Positions 47,289 to 57,848 of a stretch of 58,532 bases of DNA are shown one piece after another; the stretch's first letter is position 1; every line of letters starts with the position of its first letter. The DNA is taken from IMG/VR virus record IMGVR_UViG_3300028920_000078, positions 1-58,532 of that record, one strand, 5' to 3'. The translations under genes were made by a program, and so were the position numbers. Source of the stretch: a virus. Lineage: Duplodnaviria > Caudoviricetes. Under the pieces are notes generated by a model, which was given only the letters and a program-made list of their open reading frames with translations, did not search any database and was not told where the DNA came from.

Positions 47289-50200
47289 AATACACACTTG
47301 GATTCCCAAAAATAATAGGGTTCATAATACATATTTGTATCACTACAATTTGTATAATTATTCTTTAACCATATTCCACCACAATATGATTTTTGACCGG
47401 AAGAACAATTATTCAAAATTTTCTGTCTTGTTGTATTTAGTATTATGACACTTTCAAATCCAGAAGTATTGCTAGCCATTTCTACCATACATGAATCCGT
47501 ATTATTTGAACTTAAATATAAATCAAAGTTTTCTATGTTTGTAAATCCGGTTATATTCAATACAGGATATGTTGAATCTTGTCCAAAAGGCTCCACATTC
47601 TTGCTATTATTTGTTCTCGGAACAAAATAAATATCATCAAAGAAATCATATTGTGGTACAATATCATAGCTATAATTGGAATATCTAACAAAAAGATATT
47701 GCCATGTATTATTAGTGCTGACGTTATAGTCTACATCACCATAAAAGTTAGAATATATATTGCTTATTTCAATTTTATTACAATCATCACAGGATATACC
47801 AATGCTGTCAGTATTGTCTATTATATCAATTCTGCTGGAAGTATAATTTTGGTGAGTCAAATTATATGTCAAATTTATTAGGCGTATTTCAACAATTCCA
47901 GAAGTTACAGATTTTATTCCGGTAGATAATACAAACCAATTATCTGTACTACTTTCAATCTCACTTTGAACTTCACTTCTCATGGTTGAATTTCCTATCT
48001 CTATTTCACTATTCAGCACACCTGAAGTCTCGTACTCATAGTCTCCATTAAATCCAACATCTATACTAACATTTTCAGGATATGTCAAATTAACCTTTAC
48101 AGTAATATTGGTATAATCCGTACTAATATAATTGTAATTACAATTATTCAACATTATCCAGGCAAAATTTATCACTCTATATTTTAACCAAGTATTATCT
48201 ATAATATTACTAAATCCTGAATCTATATAAGCTGTAGTTTGACCATTTCCTAGACTACTATCTAAATCATACCAGGAAAAGGTAGTATAATTATATACCT
48301 GGAAAGCTTTTTTGGGAGATTCTAGACCGCAATCTCCACCATACCAATTATACAGAGTTCCATTCCATAAAAATGTGATATTTGATAATGTATCGGGATC
48401 TTCTGAGATTTGAAATCTATATTCCTGTGCGGAACCACCATAGACTGAATGACTACAACCATAATATTGGTTTCCATATTTCCATTGTGTTAGAGCGTTC
48501 ACATTGTCTTCGTACCATAATTTTTCGTATGCCTCATCGGTGAATACTCCGTCAGATGGATTACCACAATTTCCAGATCCTTCTGCATATTTATCTCCCG
48601 TCTGAGAAGTAGCATCCAAAAAATCCTCGCTATATGTATAATTATTAGCATAACTATATCCACTAATAGTCATATTATATTGTTCACAGGTGGTATTTGC
48701 AGGTAGTGTTATATCAAATGAATGAATTCCAGCAGATATAAATGTTAGATTAAATATTTTGTCTCCATCATCAGTTGTATTCACATAAAATTTATTTTGC
48801 TTTAATTTACCCGGAAAATGTAAATCATATTGTCCGTCTTCATCTTTATCTATTGTTATATTTTCCGGATATCCTGACACATCCCATCCATAAATATCAA
48901 AAGAGGTATTCAAATGCTCTTTCTTATCACCAATATATAGACTTGAATCAGTTGTTAAGTTTATAGATAATGAGCCATTATATTCATTACTTTTAGCGAA
49001 AGTATTAAAGTTATATGTCACATTATCCTGAGAGCAATTCATGCTTTCATATCCTGTTAAATTAATTCCAATACATACATATCCATTGGAAATTCCTGTT
49101 AGATATGCCACAGAACCATATTCATAATATGCACTTCCATTGGTTCCGTTCAAACACATAAATTCAGTATTATAAGATTGAGGAAGATAATCTATATTTT
49201 TAGATGATATTGTATATGTAGAATCACATATACCATCCCCATCACAATCTTGACAAATCTGTGAAAATCCATTTCCACTAGAATCATTTATCCACATATT
49301 TCCTTTTTCACTATTATTCCAATAATTTGAATATTCTGTACCTTCAAACCACACAGGTTGTCCAGTATAATTCACATAATTATTATAAAATGTATTATTA
49401 TAAGCATTAGAATATCGAATAGCATACGATAAATTGGTAATTATCGTATTATTCCAATATCTATTATCATGACTTTGGGTAATTATTGCATATTCTTGCC
49501 AATTAAAAGTACAGTTTGATACATTTACATTGGTATTAACTGTCGCCCATACTCCCCAATAATAATCAAAAGTGCTATCTTGCACAATAACATTATTTCC
49601 TCCTGATACATATACTCCTATATCTGTCACATTAATATACACATTTTCAATATTTACATCTGATCCAGAAAATGCCCAAATACCATTATACCAATGAGAT
49701 ATTCCATCACAATTTTTTATTGTTATATTATCACCTTGAGTAATAAAAGCCTTTGTACTTCCTCTTATTCCATCAATCTGATGACCATCACAATCAAAAA
49801 TAACATTACTAGCACTTATAGTAAAGCATACAGAAGAATCATTATTCAAAATATCAGTAGTTAAATTATATCTACCAGATTCATCTATATCTTGACATTT
49901 GGAAACTTGTATTTCTTCAGAAGTACCAACTGTCACATTTTCTCCAAGAAGTCTGTAGCTCATTTCTTGAACCCAAGACTGATTTTTGGCTTCCGAAAAA
50001 TGATAAAGTTCATCTATATAAACGCTGGTTGCTCTAACTCCTGAATCATAATATCCATTTACAGTATTTATTGATCCTCTATTACTACTACCATATTCTC
50101 CACCTGTAGAATTATATTGATAAATTGTTATTGTATCTGTTCCATCCCATACCCAAGTTGCCACAAACCAAGTATTATTATTTGCATCTATATTTGTGGT

Positions 50201-51826
50201 TTTCCAGTCGTTATAATATCCTCCCCATTCCAGTTCACTATTTGCTTTGTCAGGCTTTATTCCACAAAAGAAGGCTGTATCATGAAAATTATTTCCTTGT
50301 ATATTTAAGTCTCCATTTCCTCCCGAACCATTCATATAAACCAGTCCCATTATTGTTCTAGGATTATTGCCTATTATTCTTCCTCCAGAAGTAACCTCAT
50401 AAACTTGGCTTGGACTACCATGAAAATCACTATTTCCATTACCGTGCAAAAAACCGTCCAATTTTCCAGAAGAATTTATTTGTATTGCACCAGGATTATT
50501 TTCAAAATTATTCAAAAGAGTATCATTAAACGAATTATTTATATAATTAAAGTGATGTACTATTACCGCATTCTCGTCTGTCCACATATTTTGGGGATTT
50601 CTTCCTGTTATGGAAGACGCATTTTCATAATTCTTAACTGCTGTTCCGTTTGCTATCTCCACGTCTCCAGAACAATCTTCGCTATCACAATACACATATA
50701 AAGTTTCAGAACCAGTAGCATTTTGTATCCAGAAAATATCATCTCTATTAGGTATTGGAATAGGGAAAAGATTAACATATGCATATTCTGTATTTATTTT
50801 AAATCTATAATAAGATATATTCCACCAATCGTATTCCTTAAATTCGTACCCATACAATACCGGAATATGTTCTATATTTCTTTGTCCTGTCATAACCTTT
50901 AGTTTACCATAAACTCTTGCTAGTCTACACTCACCCGGCTTTGTTTCAGGTATGTCTTGACTCCAGTAGATGTTCTCATATGTTATATTCTTCTTTTCGT
51001 AGACGGGCTCCCATCTGGAAAGGTTGAGGCAAGTCTCGTTCTTTTCTGTTTCATAACATTTGATATCCTTTATCCATTTTCTCCCTTTATACACATTAAC
51101 TTCTTTTATAGCCTGCTCTTTATATTGATATTCAATTTTCCAGTCATCAACATAATCAGATCCCGAAGAAAAATAAGTGTTAAATCCTTTTTGTTCACTA
51201 CTTATAGTTTTATCTGTTGGATTACAATCCCAATATTGTGTCCAAGCATAATCAAGACCTATTTCTCTAGGTAATTCTTTTTCTTTCGGTTGTACTATTC
51301 TGAAATAATCTTCTTTATCATGTTGTCCTAAGACATATGGACAATTTGGAAAAAATTTCAGCTCCAAATCTTCCCATGGTTGTTTTCCTTCTATCTTATA
51401 AAATAAAGTGTAAATATTTCCTTCTCTAAATGCATAAGAATATTTGGCGGTAGCTCCATATTTGCACCAATAACAACCACACCATGAGCCGGTACAATTT
51501 TCTGGTAATTCTCTAACATTATGTATTTCTCCTTGTTCATCAAAATAAGGTTCTCCCCAATTCCTATAGATAGTTATATTTAATCCATACTTATTCTCGA
51601 ACCAAGATTCATTAGAATAATAAGCCCAATCTTGTAAGGTCTTAAAAGTAATATTAATCCAGCATACGTCATCTGTGCAAGTTACATCTGTATTTTCACT
51701 AAGTATCTGTATATATCCTAATTGTGAAAGAAAGAAAGGGAGAGCAAATATTATAGCCGCAACGGGAATAGATCCCGCTACCACATACTTCTTTGTTCTA
51801 TCAAAATTTATACGTTTTAATCCCAT
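47279..51826 (-). CDS. Giant membrane-anchored surface glycoprotein/adhesin (LamG-like and beta-helix/NosD-like domains)
   Basis: N-terminal TM; CQDIDESGRYNLTTDI...CFTISASNVIFDCDGH beta-helix start; N.W....GN.W; dozens of N-x-S/T sequons. Confidence 0.75.
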   Translation of the reverse strand: MGLKRINFDRTKKYVVAGSIPVAAIIFALPFFLSQLGYIQILSENTDVTCTDDVCWINITFKTLQDWAYYSNESWFENKYGLNITIYRNWGEPYFDEQGEIHNVRELPENCTGSWCGCYWCKYGATAKYSYAFREGNIYTLFYKIEGKQPWEDLELKFFPNCPYVLGQHDKEDYFRIVQPKEKELPREIGLDYAWTQYWDCNPTDKTISSEQKGFNTYFSSGSDYVDDWKIEYQYKEQAIKEVNVYKGRKWIKDIKCYETEKNETCLNLSRWEPVYEKKNITYENIYWSQDIPETKPGECRLARVYGKLKVMTGQRNIEHIPVLYGYEFKEYDWWNISYYRFKINTEYAYVNLFPIPIPNRDDIFWIQNATGSETLYVYCDSEDCSGDVEIANGTAVKNYENASSITGRNPQNMWTDENAVIVHHFNYINNSFNDTLLNNFENNPGAIQINSSGKLDGFLHGNGNSDFHGSPSQVYEVTSGGRIIGNNPRTIMGLVYMNGSGGNGDLNIQGNNFHDTAFFCGIKPDKANSELEWGGYYNDWKTTNIDANNNTWFVATWVWDGTDTITIYQYNSTGGEYGSSNRGSINTVNGYYDSGVRATSVYIDELYHFSEAKNQSWVQEMSYRLLGENVTVGTSEEIQVSKCQDIDESGRYNLTTDILNNDSSVCFTISASNVIFDCDGHQIDGIRGSTKAFITQGDNITIKNCDGISHWYNGIWAFSGSDVNIENVYINVTDIGVYVSGGNNVIVQDSTFDYYWGVWATVNTNVNVSNCTFNWQEYAIITQSHDNRYWNNTIITNLSYAIRYSNAYNNTFYNNYVNYTGQPVWFEGTEYSNYWNNSEKGNMWINDSSGNGFSQICQDCDGDGICDSTYTISSKNIDYLPQSYNTEFMCLNGTNGSAYYEYGSVAYLTGISNGYVCIGINLTGYESMNCSQDNVTYNFNTFAKSNEYNGSLSINLTTDSSLYIGDKKEHLNTSFDIYGWDVSGYPENITIDKDEDGQYDLHFPGKLKQNKFYVNTTDDGDKIFNLTFISAGIHSFDITLPANTTCEQYNMTISGYSYANNYTYSEDFLDATSQTGDKYAEGSGNCGNPSDGVFTDEAYEKLWYEDNVNALTQWKYGNQYYGCSHSVYGGSAQEYRFQISEDPDTLSNITFLWNGTLYNWYGGDCGLESPKKAFQVYNYTTFSWYDLDSSLGNGQTTAYIDSGFSNIIDNTWLKYRVINFAWIMLNNCNYNYISTDYTNITVKVNLTYPENVSIDVGFNGDYEYETSGVLNSEIEIGNSTMRSEVQSEIESSTDNWFVLSTGIKSVTSGIVEIRLINLTYNLTHQNYTSSRIDIIDNTDSIGISCDDCNKIEISNIYSNFYGDVDYNVSTNNTWQYLFVRYSNYSYDIVPQYDFFDDIYFVPRTNNSKNVEPFGQDSTYPVLNITGFTNIENFDLYLSSNNTDSCMVEMASNTSGFESVIILNTTRQKILNNCSSGQKSYCGGIWLKNNYTNCSDTNMYYEPYYFWESKCVLCQ

Positions 51827-52033
51827 CTAATAACCTCTATCCACTAATTGTTTAACTCTGCCTCTAAATTTAGGACTTTCTGTATCTATTTCTAAAACAA
51901 AATCTTCGCCTGTATATTTCCACATTTGAACATGATTTACATATATCAAGAAAGCGTGCCATCCCTCATTATCCGATGAAATAATACTAGCCTTTCTTCT
52001 TGCATCTTCAATACTCATTCTTGTTCTAAACAT
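51827..52033 (-). CDS. Hypothetical protein
   Basis: Coupled within the tail operon. Confidence 0.45.
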   Translation of the reverse strand: MFRTRMSIEDARRKASIISSDNEGWHAFLIYVNHVQMWKYTGEDFVLEIDTESPKFRGRVKQLVDRGY

Positions 52034-52038
52034 AGCAA

Positions 52039-52380
52039 TTACTGGTCGTATTCATATCCTCTAATTGAGAAATTATAGTGGTTGGGCTGTCCACCAACAG
52101 TAGGTATAATAACAGCAGATACAATCATGGTGAAATTATTAGTTCCATCATTATATGTTTGTGTTTCTCCTTCGTATCCTTCCAGAGTCGCTTTATCTGT
52201 ATCTTTACTAGCACCTTTTAATATACCTCTTATTTCAACTGTATTACTACTTTTTCCTACAGTTTGAAACACATCACCTTGTCTTCCTGGTATTGGTATT
52301 CTAATAACCCTTGATGCTTGGTGAACATCAACATAATCACAATAAAGAGTTACAGAACCGAGAGTAACTGTAGTTATCAT
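52039..52380 (-). CDS. Distal tail protein (Dit)-like
   Basis: IPIPGRQGD..Q..G....EIRG; directly after the tape measure gene. Confidence 0.65.
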   Translation of the reverse strand: MITTVTLGSVTLYCDYVDVHQASRVIRIPIPGRQGDVFQTVGKSSNTVEIRGILKGASKDTDKATLEGYEGETQTYNDGTNNFTMIVSAVIIPTVGGQPNHYNFSIRGYEYDQ

Positions 52381-54572
52381 GACATCGACCTCGCCCTACT
52401 TGCTACCGCTTGTCTTTGTATTTGTTCAAATATCATTCTAGCATCCATATTAGGTGATACTGTAAATGCACCTTGACTGAAATTATAATTATAAGTATTA
52501 GAAGCATTCACTTCTCTAGATGACATTACCGATTCTCCTTCATGAAGCTTATATAAACCAGTTTTTGGTATATAACCTCCTGATGCTCTTCCTGGCGGCA
52601 TATCTATAAGAGATTCTAAACCCTCTTTTGATAATGTCTGTATTCCTTCCCAATTAATATTTATGAATTCTAGTTGGCCTTTAACTTTCTCCAGTTTTTC
52701 TGATAAAATATCGAGAGGTTCTTTCATTTCTTCAATTGCTTCCTTATTATCTTTCATAGCCTCATTTTCTTCCCACATTTTTTCTGTTAAACTAGTTATT
52801 CTACCTTCGAGAATTCCTTTCGCTTCTTCTAGAGCATAAGTTCTTCCGTCTAATTCTATGGTAGTAACAATCTGTCTTTGTAATTCTTCTATCTCCTTCT
52901 TCAACTTTTCAGTCAACTTGCTTTCCTCATCAGCTAATTTAATCTTTTCTCTTTTAGCCAAATCATGTTGTCTTACATATTCCTGATATTGACGAGGTTC
53001 TACTCTTTCAAACATTTTTGCTCTGGTACTCTCTACCTTCTCTTCTGCTTTCTCCAAATCTCGCCTAACATCTTGCAACAAATCTTCTGTCGGCATAAAT
53101 TTTTGAGGATCTAAAACTTTCATTTTGCTTTCTAAATCTCTAACAATATCTGCTTGACTACTCATTACGTCATTTACTAAAGATAATTGATTTCTCAAAT
53201 CATGAAGTTCTCTACTCCATTGTTTTGTTTGTTTTTGAATCTTCTCATTCTCATCCATATATGTTGTCATGGCTTTCTGTGTATCTAACATTTGGTCTTC
53301 TATATTTTTCTGAGCCGAAACATAATCTTCCGCAAGCTTACTATTTGCTATTGTTTCTTGTTGCAAATCAGCAAAATCCTCAATTAACCATTGAATTTGT
53401 TTATCATATGCTGTTGTTTCTCCCTCGGTATATTGCATTATCTTTGCCCAATTAGTCATATAAACAATTCCTTTCTCTGTTTCATTATTCATTCCCGTTG
53501 TGGCAGTCTTTAGTGTTTCTAATAATGCTTCTCTGGTTTTCATATTTCTATCTATTTGAGGCCAATCTTTCTGTTCTCTAATTATGGTTAATCCAAATAA
53601 TCCTTGCTTTGCAGTAGCCTTCTCTAATTCATTACCATATTTCTCTACCGCCGCAGCAGTTTGTGCCATATCTCTAGCTCCAGAAATAAGAGTAGTCATA
53701 AAGTCATATGCTCCCTTAACTAGTTGTGCATCGGAAATATTTTCAACTAACTTCTTCCATTCAGCATTAAGTCCAGCAATAGAACCTTTCGCTGTATCTG
53801 CCTGTTGAGCATACAATCCTGTAAATTTGGCAGTTTGTTCAATTATTTCATTATAAAGAGCTTGGTGTATCTGAGCCTCTGATAGAAGATCTGCCGCCAC
53901 ACCTAATTCATCGGAAGCCTTTCTTCTCAGTCTATTTAAGTTTGTAGTGACACCGATATTGTCAAGAATATTAGCCGTTAACTGCTTATAACCTCTAGCC
54001 AGTAGAGGAAGCTGTTCATCTGCTTGATATCCCATAGCAGCAGAACCATCTTTGACTGCTTGAACAAATTTCTTTATTTGTTCAGTATCTAATTCTGTTG
54101 AAAGCAATCTCAATACACCTGGTGCTAGAGAAGCCTTAGTCATAAATGCATCTGTCTCAGAACTCATTATTTCCATAACAGAAGCATAACTTCTTCCTGT
54201 AGAACGGGCAGTAGATTCTAAAGCCAACATAGAAGCTTCTAGTTCCACATTTCCCATTATTAACTCATTTATTGCACTTGTCACTGTGGTTATAACTCCA
54301 TTCATTGCTTGCCATGCCACGCTCATGACAAAACCTGTCTTGACTAAATTAGTAAAACTTCCTATTGTACCATCAACATTCTTGGATAACGTAGTAACTC
54401 TCCTGCTGGTGGAGGCTGCAGATTTTTCAACATTAGAAAGAGAACTAGAGGCGGTATTGGCAGACTTTCCCATTCTAGCCATTCTAGATTCTATGGTACT
54501 AAGTTGTTTTTCCACATTCTGGAATCCTTGCATCATTAGTTCCAGTATTGCTCTACTTTTTGCATCAGTCAT
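52377..54572 (-). CDS. Tail tape measure protein
   Basis: Helical/coiled-coil; ILDNIG; C-terminal RASGGYIPKTG...LHEGE.V. Confidence 0.85.
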   Translation of the reverse strand: MTDAKSRAILELMMQGFQNVEKQLSTIESRMARMGKSANTASSSLSNVEKSAASTSRRVTTLSKNVDGTIGSFTNLVKTGFVMSVAWQAMNGVITTVTSAINELIMGNVELEASMLALESTARSTGRSYASVMEIMSSETDAFMTKASLAPGVLRLLSTELDTEQIKKFVQAVKDGSAAMGYQADEQLPLLARGYKQLTANILDNIGVTTNLNRLRRKASDELGVAADLLSEAQIHQALYNEIIEQTAKFTGLYAQQADTAKGSIAGLNAEWKKLVENISDAQLVKGAYDFMTTLISGARDMAQTAAAVEKYGNELEKATAKQGLFGLTIIREQKDWPQIDRNMKTREALLETLKTATTGMNNETEKGIVYMTNWAKIMQYTEGETTAYDKQIQWLIEDFADLQQETIANSKLAEDYVSAQKNIEDQMLDTQKAMTTYMDENEKIQKQTKQWSRELHDLRNQLSLVNDVMSSQADIVRDLESKMKVLDPQKFMPTEDLLQDVRRDLEKAEEKVESTRAKMFERVEPRQYQEYVRQHDLAKREKIKLADEESKLTEKLKKEIEELQRQIVTTIELDGRTYALEEAKGILEGRITSLTEKMWEENEAMKDNKEAIEEMKEPLDILSEKLEKVKGQLEFININWEGIQTLSKEGLESLIDMPPGRASGGYIPKTGLYKLHEGESVMSSREVNASNTYNYNFSQGAFTVSPNMDARMIFEQIQRQAVASRARSMS

Positions 54573-54760
54573 GCTCCTTCTCCTTTGTAAACCTTAAATC
54601 CATCCAATACCTGTTTTATTTCTTTGTATGTCAGTTGCCCCATATTAAAATAATTGTAACCTGAATAATGTAGGAACCACTCGACTCCTAATTCACCACT
54701 TACTCTTTTTGCTTCTTTGAAAAGTTTATCCGTTATTTCTATTTGTTCACATTTTTTTTT
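54569..54760 (-). CDS. -1 frameshift extension of the tail assembly chaperone (gpGT-like)
   Basis: A9 slippery run; -1 frame open (…FLHYSGYNYFNMGQLTYKEI…) to a TGA overlapping the TMP ATG. Confidence 0.7.
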   Translation of the reverse strand, partial: KKKCEQIEITDKLFKEAKRVSGELGVEWFLHYSGYNYFNMGQLTYKEIKQVLDGFKVYKGEGA

Positions 54761-55188
54761 AAGTCTTGTTCTTGCTTTTCAATAGGTTTTTTATCTTTTC
54801 CTTCTATATCCACACCAGAGATTTTGTATATTACAGTCACAAAAAGATCCCAAGCTTTATAAAATTTGGGTAATCCATCTTTACCCTTGTATCTTATTGT
54901 TTTTACTGCATCACTAAGCAATTCCTCTGACGTAAATAGAGGTTTATCTGTTTTCGGATTTAATATATATTCTGCGGCAAATTCTGCCATTATCCTATCA
55001 TGCTTCTTTTGGTCGTTCTGTTTCATGGCTCTTCCTGCTTCATTAAAAACTCGCAATATCTTTCCTCTTGGAGCAGGCTTTACTAGAAGAACTCTTCCGC
55101 CCAATTCTGGACAAGGATATTCTATTGGCAATAATTGCCCTTTTTCATCTCTTTCATGAAGTAAAAAGTTTTTCTCCAAATAACCCAT
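54739..55188 (-). CDS. Tail assembly chaperone (gpG-like)
   Basis: Between tube and TMP genes; ends DLKKN at the slippery site. Confidence 0.7.
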   Translation of the reverse strand: MGYLEKNFLLHERDEKGQLLPIEYPCPELGGRVLLVKPAPRGKILRVFNEAGRAMKQNDQKKHDRIMAEFAAEYILNPKTDKPLFTSEELLSDAVKTIRYKGKDGLPKFYKAWDLFVTVIYKISGVDIEGKDKKPIEKQEQDLKKNVNK

Positions 55189-55244
55189 CTAATTACACCT
55201 CCTATTAGGTCTAAGACCCCCAATTAGGTCTATCATTAAATCAC

Positions 55245-55625
55245 TTATGACCAATTTATGCCCTGGAATGTTATAGATTCCATGAGAACCTCTGTTCCCG
55301 GAGCAATTCTCATATTCCTATCTCCTGCTTTACAATCGCTTATAGTTATCGAACCCCCGCCCGTAACTGTTATAGCAATATCGAACTCATTGTCATTGTC
55401 TACAAGATTTTGGAATAAATCATTTGTGGTCCATCGTCTATTAATTGTTCCTTCTGCTGTTTTCATACCTGTTGCGTGCATTGACACATTAGTGCCTACA
55501 GGATCAAATTTCGCTCTCTGCTTTCCTAGTGTAACATTCGCTTCACCAAGTGTTCCACTTGCTCCTGTAATCGTTGTACCACTAACTGTCAAGCTGGCAA
55601 CGGTTCCCGTTAATGTTGATGCCAT
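55245..55625 (-). CDS. Tail tube protein paralog 2
   Basis: GMKT.EGTI, F.G motifs; near-duplicate of 55646-56062. Confidence 0.65.
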   Translation of the reverse strand: MASTLTGTVASLTVSGTTITGASGTLGEANVTLGKQRAKFDPVGTNVSMHATGMKTAEGTINRRWTTNDLFQNLVDNDNEFDIAITVTGGGSITISDCKAGDRNMRIAPGTEVLMESITFQGINWS

Positions 55626-55645
55626 ATAATTACCTCCTTTTCAAA

Positions 55646-56062
55646 TTAGGACATTTGTCCCCAATCTAATCCAGTGAATGCTAGTGTTTCATTCATAACC
55701 TCTGTACCTGGTGCTACTCTAATATTTCTATCTCCAGCTATACATCCACTAACAGTAGCTGTTCCCCCTCCAGTCACATTTATTGTCACAGAGAACTCGT
55801 CATCACTATCAGCCAATTGCTGAATTAACTGTGCACTTCCAGATGAAACCTCGTTAGCACTTGCTACCCATCTTTTCGTTATATTACCTTCTACAGTCTT
55901 CATACCAGTTGTATGCATAGAAACATTTGTTCCAACCGGATCAAACTTTCCTCTTTGTTTTCCTAGTGTTATTGTAGCTTCGCCCAATTCACCACTGGAT
56001 CCTGTTATTGTAATTCCGCTAACTTGAACTGCCGCCACTGTTCCTGTTAATACTGAACCCAT
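55646..56062 (-). CDS. Tail tube protein paralog 1
   Basis: Same motifs as paralog 2; GGAGGT SD. Confidence 0.65.
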   Translation of the reverse strand: MGSVLTGTVAAVQVSGITITGSSGELGEATITLGKQRGKFDPVGTNVSMHTTGMKTVEGNITKRWVASANEVSSGSAQLIQQLADSDDEFSVTINVTGGGTATVSGCIAGDRNIRVAPGTEVMNETLAFTGLDWGQMS

Positions 56063-56714
56063 TCTTATCTACCTCCATTCTTGATTTGGAAGAAGTATTC
56101 TTCCTTATAAATACTTTATATATTTCTGATTTCCCGTTAAATTTTTCAAATTCATATATCTTCTTTATGTCGTGTCTTTCATTTGGAATCTGGCTAAAAA
56201 ATCGCTTAAAATTTTCTACGTTTAAGACTACCTGCTCGGTAGATTGCTTTAAATTTTTGTGCGATTTTGAAAGTATTTTACGTGGTTCTGTCTCGCATTT
56301 TACTCCCTGCTCAAATATCAAAACGACTTTTCTAGCTATCCTCAGACATTCTTGAATTAATTTTACAGGAAAGCCTATATCTTGTATTACATACAACCCA
56401 TAAACTAAATCAAATTCATCATTTTTGAAAGATGTATTCAATGCATTACCAAATTCTACAGGCTCTCCTCTTCCTCTAGCCAATTCTATGGCCTCTTTAT
56501 TTATATCTATTCCTTTTATTTTGAGAGAATTACTATTCCCCATATTATTCCACATTCTTTTTAGAAGCTTAATGACTATTCCCGATCCTGCTCCTATTTC
56601 TAGAATGTTAGGACATTCTTTATTTGTCCTAGCATCATCTATTTCTTCCATTATCGCTTCTAATTCTTTACTTGCTCTATTATTGAAATAATCTTCTCTT
56701 TCTGTATAATACAT
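56019..56714 (-). CDS. Class I SAM-dependent methyltransferase
   Basis: ILEIGAGSG, GIDIN, GNA...F....FDLV. Confidence 0.85.
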   Translation of the reverse strand: MYYTEREDYFNNRASKELEAIMEEIDDARTNKECPNILEIGAGSGIVIKLLKRMWNNMGNSNSLKIKGIDINKEAIELARGRGEPVEFGNALNTSFKNDEFDLVYGLYVIQDIGFPVKLIQECLRIARKVVLIFEQGVKCETEPRKILSKSHKNLKQSTEQVVLNVENFKRFFSQIPNERHDIKKIYEFEKFNGKSEIYKVFIRKNTSSKSRMEVDKNGFSINRNSGGSSS

Positions 56715-56715
56715 A

Positions 56716-56961
56716 CTATAATACTCCTAATATCTTTTTCTTCTTCTTTCTAGCAGATTTAACAACTTTCTTCTCTATCTGCTTCTCTTCTTTTGGCTTA
56801 ACCACTTCTTTTATAATTCCATCTAAACTGGAATCTGCGGCAACTATATTGTTTCCATCAGTCACTATCTTTCCACTTATACCGATAAAGGTATCATTTG
56901 GATATCCTGATGATGTTACCACTTCTTTTATTTTATTCATTTGCTCGTCTGTCACTCTCAT
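56716..56961 (-). CDS. Hypothetical protein
   Basis: GAGGTG SD; Lys-rich tail. Confidence 0.5.
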   Translation of the reverse strand: MRVTDEQMNKIKEVVTSSGYPNDTFIGISGKIVTDGNNIVAADSSLDGIIKEVVKPKEEKQIEKKVVKSARKKKKKILGVL

Positions 56962-56971
56962 AATACACCTC

Positions 56972-57427
56972 CTATTGTAATATATATCTCGAAGTAGAAA
57001 TTCTATATAAACCTGTCTTTAAATTTCCCCCAAGAGATATTCTATTTAACCAATTAATTCCTGATATTGATGTAGCATTAGTTAATAGTTGTTTATCTAC
57101 AATCTCTATAATCTTATCTAAAAGGAATGTCCTCTTATATTGAAAATTATTAACAGTACCACAATCATTCATTCTAATCACAACATGAATATCAAATACT
57201 AAATTATCCAATCTCTCTGCCGTTCCAGCAGATTGAAATCCTTCTGACGACGGAACTCTTTCTATAAATATTGATGGTGTCTTTCCTGTCTTAACAGATT
57301 CTAATCCTGATTCTAATGTGTCATAATGTATCCATTGTCCCATTCTTTTTATTGGATCTTCAATATTATCTCTAAGATAATCTCTCAATGCTTCTCCTTT
57401 GGTCTTTAATGGTGTATCTTGTGTCAT
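56972..57427 (-). CDS. Putative tail terminator/completion protein
   Basis: P.IFIE...FDIHV pattern; position in operon. Confidence 0.5.
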   Translation of the reverse strand: MTQDTPLKTKGEALRDYLRDNIEDPIKRMGQWIHYDTLESGLESVKTGKTPSIFIERVPSSEGFQSAGTAERLDNLVFDIHVVIRMNDCGTVNNFQYKRTFLLDKIIEIVDKQLLTNATSISGINWLNRISLGGNLKTGLYRISTSRYILQ

Positions 57428-57428
57428 A

Positions 57429-57848
57429 TCACTCATCCGGCATATCAGCAACATAGTCTGCAGAATCTTCTTGTGATGTTACAGAACTGGCTCCACCCTG
57501 AAATGCTATACCCTCACTCGTTGATGTGGTACCTTTTGAAACCAATCTTAGTAATCTTTTATACTCTTCATAATATGGAGAAATTCTAGTTTCCTCTCCA
57601 ACTAGTGCCATTTTATGTGTGGCTATCTTATGAGCCGCTAAAAATGCCACGGCCTCCTGTGCAATAGTATAGTCACTATCTGTAGATACGAAAGTTCTTC
57701 CTGCATCTCTAAAAAATTCTATTTGCGCCTTCGTTATAGCATTATTTCTTATTGTTGCGGAATTTGCTTCTTCTCCTACTTCTTCTGCTGATATTCCTGT
57801 CAATTCTAGAAAATCATTTGCATCAATTATATTAACCAATTTCTCCAC
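57429..57848 (-). CDS. Head-tail adaptor-like protein
   Basis: AI..A...; A.EAVAFLAAH; Y..EY.RL helical pattern. Confidence 0.55.
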   Translation of the reverse strand: MEKLVNIIDANDFLELTGISAEEVGEEANSATIRNNAITKAQIEFFRDAGRTFVSTDSDYTIAQEAVAFLAAHKIATHKMALVGEETRISPYYEEYKRLLRLVSKGTTSTSEGIAFQGGASSVTSQEDSADYVADMPDE

